From Hypanus sabinus (lineage: Eukaryota), in assembly GCF_030144855.1 (NCBI RefSeq), contig NC_082712.1, positions 18,104,001-18,168,000 of the forward strand: a stretch of 64,000 bases of DNA, written 5' to 3'. Positions 50,751 to 62,304 of the stretch are shown here, in pieces; within the stretch, counting starts at the first letter, position 1; the number at the start of each line of letters is the position of its first letter. Under the pieces are notes generated by a model. The model saw only the letters and a program-made list of their open reading frames with translations. It ran no database searches and was not told the origin of the DNA. The translations under genes and the position numbers were made by a program.

Positions 50751-53679
50751 GTAAAAGCCGGGGGGTTCGGGGTTAAGCGGGAAAAAGTGGATGCAGTACC
50801 TCAAGAGGGGTCTCAATTGGTCTTAATACCTGTTGGTCAACTCAGCTGAACAATCTGGGTTTTTTACACTAATTTCCTTATAAGATATCAAGCGGCTGTG
50901 CTCGGCGGTATGCACTTAAGTAGTTTGGGTACGGATGTGTATGTAATTGTTGGATTAGAGTTTGCAACATTCGGAATGAAATGAACCAGATCTCTTTTGA
51001 GAATCGTTAGCAGGAAGGGAAAACATCTTGGCAATATTTGTAAAAGAGGAAAACAAAACGAATGCATCTGGGCCCGATTTGCTAAACCTGGCAATTAATT
51101 TGTCCTTCAGCTTTCCGGGTGTGTGTGTTATTAGTTGTTTTGAAATTCGCTGAACTGGAGATTTTCTTTTTTCTTCAAACTGATGGCACAATTGGGAAGT
51201 AGTTGTGTTGAACATTAGTTGTGTTGGACAGCTGATTGGTGTTTTGTTTCAACGTAACGAGCTTCAGTCGGAACGTGCAAACTTTGTTTTAATATTGCGA
51301 GTTGACGCCGTTTTGTTTCCCAATCCACTACTGATATTCAACAGTTCGACCAAAGCATGATATATTCAATAATATGGATATGAATGGCTGAGGAAATCAT
51401 GCGTTGAATGGTACTGTATTTCAAACGCACCGTTCTCAATAAATTCTAAGTAAATATATTATAAAAATGCGTAATTGTTTGTGGGCATTCACAGCAGATA
51501 CAAAGAATCAATGAAAACCTGCACACGACAACGGACAAATAACCAGTGTCCGAAATAGGACGAACTGTGCAGATCTTAATGATACTGAGAACATGAGTTG
51601 CAGAGAGCTAGATTGTGGAATCAGTTCACTGAGTGAAGTTATCCACGCTGGTTCAAGGGCCTGGTGTTCTGAAGGGTAGTAGATGTTCCTGGACTTGGTG
51701 GTTTGGGTCTTGGACCTCCTGCCTGATGGCAGCAGCGAGAAGAGAGCATGGCCTGGATGGCGGGGTCCCTGATGATGGGCGCTGCCTCCGTGTAGATGTG
51801 CTTAATGGTCCGGGATTGAAAAGAAATACATGCGATTTGAGATTTATGAATGCGGTTGCAATGTTTACTCGTGTCCGACAGTGGTGGTGGCCTCTTTTCC
51901 CGTAGAGAGCAACTTTCCAGGGAAGCGTGTTAAACTCTTGCTATAGGACATCCGGACTATAGAAAGGTAACAAAGCCTGGGGGCGGGGGCGGGGGGGAGT
52001 CTTGTACGTACATTTTACACCAGTGAATCTGATATGCGGTAAGAAATCAAGAAAGTTCAGTCGGGATAAAGGTCATCAACAATATTTCCGGACAGATTTT
52101 AACGAAGTTACTCAGAGAGAAGGTCTGCTTTGCCACATCTGGCCAACAACTATCCGTAAATACCACACTGCACTACTCGCCTATTCTAATGTTGTAATAT
52201 TCTGTGAGGAAGTATTCTACTCAATTTGCACCAGACCGAAAGCTATCATTGCACTGTCACGTGTCACGTGTCTTTTACTGGTAGGGCTCGGGACTCCGGA
52301 ATTCAGTTACTGTATCTGAGTTATCCCCGCTCTCAACCCGTCCCTATTCTCTCTCTGGCGTCCCTCCTTAACACCTACCTGACTGATGAGACATTTGGCT
52401 AATACTCGGCCCGGTGTTCTGTTTTACCTAAACGCCAGCGTGGGGTACTTGGGTATTACGTTGTTCAATTTGCGGTGGACCCATTGAGTCTACTCCGCAA
52501 TTTATTATGGTATTTTGTTTTATTCTTCTTAACACCGTTCTCCCTATAATCTTTGGCACTCTTACCAATTAAGAACTTATTAAAGACCGCTTTAAAAAAA
52601 AATAGCCAAAGAACTGGCCTCCGTCGCCGTCTGCGACAATGAATATCGCAGGTCCACCATGCTTTGTCTAAAGAAATTCCTCTTGCTCTCAGTTCAAAGG
52701 GGCATCCTTATTTTGAAGCCGTGCCCTCTGGTCTTTAATTCCCTCACTATAAGAAATATCCTCCCCGCATTCAGCACCAGTCTGTCCCAGGGCATAATAA
52801 CCCATTGAAATTATTTTAAAAATTCTCCAAGTGCATTTCTCTCAAATCTCATTATTTTAAATCTACATCCCTTGGTTGTTGACCCTTCTGGACTGGGAGA
52901 GAGTTTCTGTCTACTTCATCACAATCCTTCAGGATTTTGGAAAAACTCCAGCTAAGATGTCTCTTAACCCTTCTTTGCCAAAAGAAGTCTAAACTTTGAA
53001 TCTCAAGTCACCATGTAATGAAATCTCTCTCTCATGTACCTTACTAATATTAATGTGATAATGTGACTAAACTACTTTTGTTGTTGTAAATAATGAGGCA
53101 ATAGTGTACTAATGTTAGTACTTGTACTGTTCACATAGTTATTCTTCCCTGAACAGTGGTAAATGGATGTCTGATATCATCGTATGATGGTCTTGTTACA
53201 CAGTCCTGCATTGTTTGCTACAGTGGCTGCTCTTTCCGTTAATGGGACCGGGTAAGGTCTGGGACACTATAACCAAAATGCAGACGTAGTATTAAAACCG
53301 AATGGGTCAAATGAATGTCTTTAAAATTGATTTTAATTTAAGGGTCTTGAAATAAATTCAAAGCTGTTAGATATGTGGTTATCTTTTGAAATGCCAACCA
53401 TTTTAGACAGAGGGAAATTCCATAAGGTTCTGAGAATGCAAATTTATCCAAATCTTAAGGCAAATTGGTTTGTATTTCTATACATCAATTGAATAAATCC
53501 AATAAAAATCAACAAACTTTGAACTATTGTCTAATGGGAAAACTAGTTAAGGAGACTGCACAGCTTTTGGACATTAGTTGTCTGTCAGCCTTTGCTTGTG
53601 TGTAGTTTTTAAATTGATTTTATGGCCATTCGTTGTTCTACTGTGAATGCCTGCAAGGAAATGAATCTCTGGGTAGCAT

Positions 53680-54697
53680 GCACTCAGTGGCCACTTTATT
53701 AGGCATATCTGCTCGTTAATGCATTTTTCAAATCGGCCAATGTGACAGCAACTCAATTCATAGAACCATGCAGACATGGTCACCACTCTCACTTGAGTGT
53801 TGTTGGGATATGGGAATACTGGGAACTGCGTAACATCATGGTGTCAAGCAGATCCAGCAATCCGGATCCAATCTAGATATTCCTCCCATGTCCATGTCCA
53901 ATTCCCTTAGTTCAGCTGTCTTCTCACATCCCAGCTCATAAATTTCTACAGAAGTGCCGTAGAGAACATTCTGACTGGTTGGATCACCATCTGCTTTGGA
54001 AGATCCAATGCCCAGGGTCAGAAAAAGCTGCAGGGCATTGTTGCCTTAACCGGCTCCACCATCAACACTAGCCCCTACCCAGTTCCGTTGTTCAGATTAG
54101 AATCAGGTTTAATTTCACAGGCATATGTTGTGAAATTTGTTGTTTTGTGGAAGCAGTATATTGCAATACATAATCATAAAAACTAAATTACAATATAAGT
54201 ATACTGTATATTAAAAAAATTAAAAGTAGTGCAAGTAAAAAGGAAGAAGAAATAGTTTTCGTAGGTTCACTGTCTGTTCTGAAATCTAATGGCAGATTGG
54301 GGAAACATCAGAGTGGGGAAGAATTATGATATCAGTGACTTTGACCATGGAATAGTTGTTGCTGCTGGACAGGGTGTTTTCTGAATATCTCAGAAACTGC
54401 TGATCTCTTGGGATTTTCATACTCAACCATTTCTAGGGTTTATGGAGAATGGTGTGAGAGAGAGAAAAAAACATGCAGTGAGTGAAATAATCTTGCTAAT
54501 GAGAGAGGTTAGAGAAGAACAGCCAGACTGATTCCAGCTGACAGGAAGGTGACAGTGACTCAGATGAGCACGCAATACGACATTGGTGTGCAGAAGAGCA
54601 TCTCCGAATGCAGAAGTCAATCCTTGATGGATGGGCTACAGCAGTAAGAGAATACACCAGGTTCCACTCCTGTACCTACTAAAATGACTACTCAGTA
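53680..54697 (+). mobile_element. Tc1-derived MITE split by Rex1-type insertions (~53775-54300)
   Basis: Left TIR cactcagtggccactttattagg at ~53681; body resumes ~54305 (gtggggaagaattatgat..); right end cctactaaaatgactactcagta. Confidence 0.75.
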
Positions 54698-55166
54698 TGC
54701 ATGTACTTTCATAATAAATTTTCTTTGAACTGAAATAAAAACAGGAAATGCCAGAAGTCCTCAACAGCTAAGGCTGCATTTGTGGAGGGAAAAGCAGGTT
54801 GATGACCTTTCCTCTGATCCCTGTACCTTGTCTGCTCACCTCTCTGGTTATGCTTTGTATTAACAAATATTCTAGCGATATTAAGTTCCACTGTTTATTC
54901 CCTTGATTGGATTTATGACAGGACAGCCTGTTTATTTCCCTATAGTTTTTTTTCCACATCCCTTTTGCTACTTATCAACAGTAAAGGTAATTTACAGTGG
55001 TCAATTAACCTATCAGAAACAGGTTTATTAGCACTGACATATGAAATTTGTTTGGTGACTGTTGTACAGTGCAAAACATTAAAAAAAACATGTGTTACAA
55101 TAAAAGTAATTAGTGAAAAATTGTGAGGTCATGTTCATGGCTCGCGGACAGTTCAGAAATTTGATG

Positions 55167-55544
55167 TTCAGTCATTATGTGATGTGTCTTATAATATGGC
55201 TGATCGTGGTCATTCCATGGCCAGGACTGTTCTTGGCAAATTTTATCTACAGAAGTGGTTTGCCATTGCCTTCTTCTGGACAATGTCTTTACAAGATGGA
55301 TGACCCCAGCCATTACCAATACTCTTCAGAGATTGTCTGCCTGGCATTAGTGGTCACATAACCAGGACTTGTGATGTGCACTGGCAGATCACACGATCCT
55401 CCATAACCTGTTTCAGAGGCTTCACATGACCCTGATCGGGTGGCTAAGCAGGTACTGCATGTCCAAACATCACCAGCAGGCGAGCAGAGGGAAGGAGCAC
55501 CTTACACCTCTATTGGTAGAGACACATGTCAATCCCGCCGCCCA
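55167..55544 (-). mobile_element. RTE-mobilised SINE-like element with 12-bp TSD
   Basis: TSD agaaat(t/c)tgatg at 55155-55166 and 55545-55556; contains cttggcaaat..gaagtggtttgccattgccttc, the motif shared by RTE/BovB-partner SINEs. Confidence 0.7.
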
Positions 55545-56369
55545 AGAAATCTGATGGTGGAGGGGAAGAAGCTGTTTGTAAAACATTGAAAAAGCATCTT
55601 GAGGCCACTATACCACATCCTTGATGGTAGTAATGAGAGGAAGACATGTCCTGGATGGTGAAGTTCCTTCATGATTGATTCCACTTTCTACAGTCATTGT
55701 CTTTTGAAGATGTCGTCTGTGGTGGGAGTAGGTGGGGGTTAGTGTTCATGGTGAGCTGGTTGAGCCTACAACCCTCTGTAGCTTTTTCTGACCCTGTGCA
55801 TTGGACTTCCATACCAGATGGTGTCGCAACCAGTTACAATGTTCTCCACGGTACATCTGTGGCAATTTGCAAGAGTTGGGATGTGGGAGGAAAGCAGATG
55901 AAAGGGCGGAGGATTGCACATGGTCAAGGGAGGAATGTCTGGATCTGTGTGAAAGCAGTACTAAGTGTGACATCATGGTGTCAGGCAATTCTTAATATTA
56001 CCATATCCCAACAACACTCAAGTGAAAGTGGTAGGAAAAATGCAGTTTTCCAAGTGACAATGATTATAAAGCATTTTGCCTACAAGATGTAAGAACCTAT
56101 TAATTATCTTTCTTCCATACTTAATACAACAGGCTTTACTGCCAAAATGGCCATATTTAAATCCTTTTGCGTGCTGTAGTACCTCCTAGGATTTTCACGT
56201 TGATAGATATTCACACATGAACCCAAATTAAAGTTTAGCATTGGTAATAAATGTGCAATGAAAAGCAATTACTGTATAAGACACCTTGCTGTAATATGTG
56301 ATTGATCAATCAAGCAAAATTGACATATGCGACTTAAAATAATGGAATGGGTGAGTTTAGGCCATTAGA

Positions 56370-56850
56370 TGTAGAGCAGTGTTAGGCCATTCAGCCCATG
56401 GAGTCTGCCTCGCCATTCCATCATGGCTGATTTATTACTTCTCTCAGCCCCATTCTTCAGCCATCTATGGTAATAAATTCAATAGATTCATCACTCCCTG
56501 GTGAAAGAAATCCCTCCTCATCTAAATGGACATCCCTCTATTCTGAGGCTGTGCCCTCTGGTCCTAGACTCCCCCACTATAGGAAATGTCCTCTCCACAT
56601 CCGCTATCTAGGCATTTCAATATTCAATAGGTTTCAAAGAGATCCCCTCTCGTTCTTCTAAACTCCAGCAAATACAGGCCCAGATCCAACAAACATGTGT
56701 TAACCCTTCCAATCCTGAGATAATTCTCCTGGACCTCCTCTGCAGCCTCTCCAAAGCCAGCAGATTTTTTCATAGATAAGGGACCTGAAACTGCTCACAC
56801 TACTCCATGTTTGGTCTGACCAATGCCTTTTAAAGCCTCAACATTACATC
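56370..56850 (-). mobile_element. CR1 LINE 3' end
   Basis: Similar to 24015-24560 and 26155-26640. Confidence 0.8.
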
Positions 56851-57269
56851 CTTTTCTTCAGGAAGGATGATGGAAATCCAGAATTTAGATACCAACCTGC
56901 TTCATTTGAAAATTTGCACTTGCCTGCCAAGCACAAATTGGCTGGAAAATGTGGCAAGAGGAAGTCTGAAATTCAGAGATTAATTTTTGGGCAATTTCTA
57001 ATCTATCTTTAATGCTACGTGACCCCTGATTGTGTATGTTGACATTGATATGTCCATGCTCTCATGTGGTAGTAGGATTATGGACATTTCCTTTGTGCTC
57101 GCTTTTCACCATCTTCCTGCATCTGAGATCATGCCCTGTCCCCCTGAGTCTCTTTACTTCTGTCAAAATCTTAACTCAGTCTCTTTTGAAAACCACAATT
57201 GAATTTGCACTAACCACCACATACAAGGATGTTTTGTCCACCGGCTCGCCCAGAATTATCAATTGATAG

Positions 57270-57930
57270 AGTGACACAACATGAAAGTAGGTCCTTCAGC
57301 TCAACACATCCATGCCATCCAGGTATCTACCTGAACTAATTCCATTTGCCTGTAATAGTCATAAAAATAGGCCATTTTGGCCCAGCTGGTCCATGCCAAA
57401 CTATCATTCTGCCTAGTCCCATCAACCTTCACCTAGACCTGGACCTCCATGCCCTTATGTTTGACCCATATATATATATATATCGTGGCTTTTGTATCAA
57501 CATATATCTGTCCAAATTTCTTTTAAAAGCTATAATTATTTACCCCTCTACCACTTCCTCTGGCAGGTTATTCCAATAAATATCCATTTACCTGTCTAAA
57601 ATTCCTTAAACGTCCCTATTGTATCAGCCTCTACCATCACTCCTGGCAACATGTTCCAGGCATGCGTTGTTTAAAAAACAGCATCCTAAGACATCTCCCC
57701 TAAATGATCCCACACTCGGCCTAAGCTGTTGTCTTTTGTTATTGGCCATTGCTGCCCTAGGAGAAAGGTACAGACTGTTTACTCTATCTATGCCTCTCAT
57801 AATCTTATACACTTCTGTCAAATCTCATCCTCCTTCGCGTCAAAGAGAAAAGACCTAGCTTACTCAATGTATCCCCATAAAATGTACTCTCTAATCTAGG
57901 CAGCATCCTGACAAATCCCTTCTACACCCT
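57270..57930 (-). mobile_element. Stacked CR1 3'-end fragments
   Basis: TEVYKIMRGIDRVNSLYLSPR; several reversed CR1 3'UTR starts. Confidence 0.7.
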
Positions 57931-58059
57931 CTAGTCTAAAGTGAAGGAAAAGTTTGGGTCTGACATAAGAACATCTTCCAAATTATAAAGGCATCAGAAA
58001 TGATATATAACTACTGGTGTCGGAATACAAAACGAGTAAAAGATCACCCACTGGTATGC

Positions 58060-58620
58060 ACTCAGTGTCCTCTTTATTAGGTACTCCTGTACACCTGCTT
58101 GTTAATGCAAATATCTAACCAGCAAACATGTGGCAGCAGCTCAATGCATACAAGCATGCAGACATGGTCAAGAGGTTCAGTTGTTGCTCAGACCAAATAT
58201 CAGAGTGGGGAAGAAATGTGAACTAAGTGACTTTGACCCTGGAATGATTGTTGGTGCCAGACAGGGTGGTTTGAGTATCTCAGAAACTGCTGATCTCCTG
58301 GGGTTTTCACAGACAACATTGTCTAGAGTTTACAGAGAATGTGTGAAAAATAAAATGCATCCAGTGTGCAGCAGTTCTGTGGGGGAAAAGAAAAACACCT
58401 TGTTAATGAGAGAGGTCAGAGGAGAATGGCCACACTGATTCAAGCTGTTAGTAAGGTAACAGTAACTCACATAACCGTGCGTTACAACAGTATTGTGCAG
58501 AAGAGCATCTCTGGATGCACAACACACCAAACCTTGACGTGGATGGGCTACAACAGCACAAGTCCACAAACATACACTCAGTGGCCATTTCAGGAGGTAC
58601 CTAATAAAGTGGCCACAGAG
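58060..58620 (+). mobile_element. Tc1-derived MITE (~560 bp) retaining the transposase N-terminal HTH
   Basis: TIRs cactcagtgtcctctttattaggtac / gtacctaataaagtggccacagag; VGKKCELSDFDPGMIVGARQGGLSISETADLLGFSQTTLSRVYRE. Confidence 0.88.
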
Positions 58621-59784
58621 TAAATTGGTGCAGTGGGAATTTTGGACAAGCAATGGTTGGGCATGGGAGCTTACAGAGTTTTGAATTATTGCAAGGAATG
58701 TCTTTGCTGCAAGGCAGTTTCCTGGGCTATTGGTGCAATCAGGAGTTATTTACATTCATGCCATTGATCGTTAATATACAGTGAAATGAATGCATATAAA
58801 TGTGTACCTGTGTAGAACGGTGCCACCAACTCAACCACATTAGAAGATATTTATTGCTAGTCTGCCAGGAACCTCGCATGCATCTCATAATCAGTTCATT
58901 TCCAATACATTTCCCATGCATAAACTCTTAAATGTGAAATGATTTCAATTATTTGGAATTAAGTGCTCATAAGTGAAATCAGATCACTTCTGAGGCTGGT
59001 GGAAAAGATTAGATCTCCAGTAATTAGTTTATCATTTCTGAAGTCATTTTATCAGAACCAGTCACCCTTCAGTTCTGAAGTTCAAAGTTTAAATTTAAGT
59101 TTATTTTAAGAGCACATACATATCACTGTATACAGTACTGTGCAATAGTCTTGGGCACATATAAAAACAATTCTGTGAAGCGAATTGGCCTCCTGTGTAT
59201 CAGTGAGCCCTGATGTAGATTGGGAGAGAATGCTTCAGTAAGTACCTACGTTCCATATGCCAGAAAAGATGGGATCTCCCAGTGGCCACCCATTTTAATA
59301 ACACTTCCCATTCCCATTCTAAAATGTCTATCCATGGCTTCCTCCATTGTCGTGATGAGGCCACATTTGGGTTGGAGGAACAATACCTTATATTCCGTCT
59401 GGGTAGCCTCCAACCTGATGCATGAACATTGATTTCTCCAACTTCTGCTAATGCACTCCCACCCCCATTCACCATTCGGTATCCCCTTTTCCGTCTCTCA
59501 CCTTATCCTTATGCCTGACCACTGCCTCCCTTTAGTGCTCCTTTCCCTCCCTTTCCTTCTTCCATGGCCTTCTGTCCTCTTCTGTCAGACTTCCCCTTCT
59601 CCAGCCCTGTATCCCTTTCACCAATCAACTTCCCAGTTCTTTATTTCATCCCTCTCCTTTCAATTTTCACCTATCACATTGTGTTTTTCTCTCCTCTCAT
59701 CCCACCTTTTAAATCTACTCCTCAGCTCTTTTTCTCCAATCCTGCTGAAGGGGCTCGGCCGGAAATGTTGACTGTAGTCTTTAA

Positions 59785-60535
59785 AATAGACACTAGGTGC
59801 AGGAGTAGGCTGTTCGGCCCTTCAAGCCAGCACCGCCATTCAATGTGATCATGGCTGATCATCCACAATCAGTACCCCATTCCTGCTTTCTCCCCATATC
59901 CCTTGACTCCGCTATCTTTAAGAGCTCTATCTAACTCTTTCTTGAAAGCATCCAGAGAATTGGCCTCCACTGCCTTCTGAGGCAGAGAATTCCATAGATC
60001 CACAACTCTCTGGGCAAAAAAGTTTTTCCTCAACTCTGTTCTAATAGCCTACCCCTTATTCTTAAACTGTGGCCTCTGGTTCTAGATTCTCCCAACATCG
60101 GGAACATGTTTCCTGCCTCTAGCATGTCTAATCCCTTAATTAATCTGATGAAGGGTCTCATCCCGAAATGTCGACATTGCTTCTCCCTACAGATGCTGCC
60201 TGGTCTGCTGCATTCCACCAGCATTTTGCGTGTGTTGCTTGAATTTCCAGCATCTGCAGATCTCCTTGTGTCTGCCCTTAATAATCTTATATGTTTCAAT
60301 CAGATTCCCTTTCATCTTTCTAAATTCCAGTGTATACAAGCTCAGTCGCTCCAATCTTTCAACATATGACAGTCCCACCATCCCAGGAATCAACCTCGAG
60401 AACCTATGCTGCACTCCCTCAATAGCAAGAATGTCCTTCCTCAAATTTGGAGACCAAAACTGAACACAATACTCCAGGTGTGGTCTCTCCAGGGCCCTGT
60501 ACAACTGCAGAAGGACCTCTTTGCTCCTATACTCA
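59785..60535 (-). mobile_element. CR1 LINE 3' end, nested in the Penelope element
   Basis: VEYRSKEVLLQLYRALERPHLEYCVQFWSPNLRKDILAIEGVQHRF..; GNMFPMLGESRTRGHSLRIRG. Confidence 0.93.
60145..60175 (+). ncRNA. Minimal type I hammerhead core at the head of a ~130-bp insert (60145-60274)
   Basis: CTGATGA-A-GGG-tctcat-CCC-GAAA-tg-TC-gac; insert flanked by cccttaat (60133-60140 and 60275-60282); native 5' strand of helix I absent. Confidence 0.7.
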
Positions 60536-60640
60536 ACTCTTTCCATAGATGCTGCCTGGCCTGTTGAGTTCCTCCAGCATTTTATGTGTGCTGCTTGGGT
60601 TTCCAGCTTCTGCAGACCTTCTCTTGTTTTTTAATTTACT

Positions 60641-60988
60641 TTGATTGTTGGTGCCAGACAGTGTGGTTGGAGCTTCTCAGAACCTTCTGATCTCCTGAGA
60701 TTTTCAAGCACAACCGAATCTAGAGTTTACAGAGAAATGCCAAGAAACAACAAAAAAAAACATCCAGTGAGCATCAGTTTTATTGGCAAACATGACTTGT
60801 TAATGGGAGCTCAGAGGAGAATGGCTGGACTGGTTCAAGCTGACAGGAAGGTGACAGTAATTCAAAATAACCACACATTGCAAGAGTGGTGTGCAGAAGA
60901 GCAAGAACACACAGCACTTGGATCTTGAAGTGGATGGGTTATAGCAGCAGAAAACCATGAGGTACCCAATACTGTGGCCACTGAGTGT
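60641..60988 (+). mobile_element. Tc1-derived MITE, 5'-truncated
   Basis: MIVGARQCGWSFSEPSDLLRFSSTTESRVYRE; right TIR gtacccaatactgtggccactgagtg|TA. Confidence 0.8.
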
Positions 60989-61349
60989 ATTTACAGGGAG
61001 TGTGGAATAAAAGAATATGCGGCTTATATAAGTGCAGAAGAATGCTACTGCGGTGCATCAATGCCACCACAGATCAGGTGAGAAAATAGCTCAAGTTGGT
61101 TCTATAGTTAGAGTGTAATTGATAGCAAGTGAATAATCCACTTATGATTTACCACAGTGTATCTGGAAATAATAAATCAAATTTCAGGTGCCCTGCATAT
61201 CTAGAAATGGAAACAGATGACAGAGGATTATTGTTTTGACATTGTGTAATGGAAAGCATCAGCTATCTGCTCTATCTTACTGATGCAGATAGGTCCTTGC
61301 TAAGCCATTCATTAGCAGTAAGAAAGAAATAGGCTGGAATATGTACAGT

Positions 61350-61695
61350 ATGCTATGTTTGGATGTGGAGAGCTTGTTTCCCATAGTGTGACAGTCCAGG
61401 ACCAGAAGGCACAGCCTCTGAATACAAGGACATCCATTTAGAACAGAAATAAAGCGTACTTTCTTTATCCGGAGGGCAATGAATCTGTGGAATTCATTGC
61501 CACAGACAGCTGTGGAGGCTAAGCCACTGGTTATATTTAAAGTGAAGGTTGATCGTTTCTTGATTTATGAAGGTGTCAGAGTTTACAGGGAGAACGCAGG
61601 CAAATGGAGTTGAGAGGGATAACAAATCATTCTTGATTGAATGGTGAAGCAGACTCAATGGGATGAATGGCCTAATTTTGCACCTATGCCATGTG
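61350..61695 (+). mobile_element. CR1 LINE 3' end
   Basis: DVESLFPIV..SRTRRHSL, NLWNSLPQ, and 3'UTR. Confidence 0.8.
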
Positions 61696-62304
61696 ATCCT
61701 TTGATGCATTGTGTGTCTTGTGTGTGTATAATCATCAACTACACTTAGAAGTGACTGACTTTACGCAAATCCTATCAAGCATTTTACAAGATAGTAATGT
61801 AATCTATTCATGAGTGACTGGATACAGTGCATTCCATTAGTTTAATTATGGGTAGAATTAGGGTGATTATTCAATGAAGTGAATTGTGGCAAGTGTATTT
61901 AGAGCAACGCTGTATGGGCTGTGATGGAAAGTGGATGATTTTGACACTGAGAAGTTGGCTTACTGACAGGTCTCAGGAATGGAACCTTGGTGTAACCTGG
62001 GGGTGTCTGTATTATAATTACTAAAGAATGATGATTAGTTGATGCTAGATAAAAATACATTTGGTGCTTGCAATGGTTCAGGTACTGGTGCACCTGAAGA
62101 AAAGGCTGCATTTCCCTCAATGTTGACATTAATATGAAGAAATAATAGCCACATGCTTGAAAAGTGCTCATACAGTAAGTAAATGATAATAAAGTCTATT
62201 TATTTTAAACTTTCCCTCAGTTTGTCTGAGTTGGTATTTAAACTAGGCCTTGGGAAGGAAAGAGGCACAGATTTTCAAATTACTTCCAGGTATTTACAAA
62301 TTAT

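Larger units (their letters stand above)
49000..50800 (+). promoter_or_regulatory. CpG island / promoter region of the GalNAc-T gene
   Basis: Abrupt rise in GC and CpG density against a CpG-depleted background; free of recognisable TEs; contains the first coding exon. Confidence 0.8.
59187..60630 (+). mobile_element. Penelope-like element 3' part (GIY-YIG endonuclease, UTR, hammerhead-like motif), interrupted by CR1
   Basis: GLLCISE (degenerate YIGE), DLPVATHFN, RLEEQYLIFRLGSLQPD; ctgctgaaggggctcggccggaaatgttgactg at ~59742; tail resumes at ~60536. Confidence 0.88.

Noticed and set aside
50601-50849. ORF-track 82-aa version of the GALNTL6 exon
   Set aside because: It starts at a TTG and reads through the GT donor at 50751. 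The real start is the ATG at 50616, and residues after ..SGDQ are intronic.
49620-52790. REST/NRSE-like half sites (ttaagcacagggatggcg, caggtaccacggatcc, ttcagcaccagtctgtcc)
   Set aside because: None matches the full 21-bp consensus with correct spacing and orientation.
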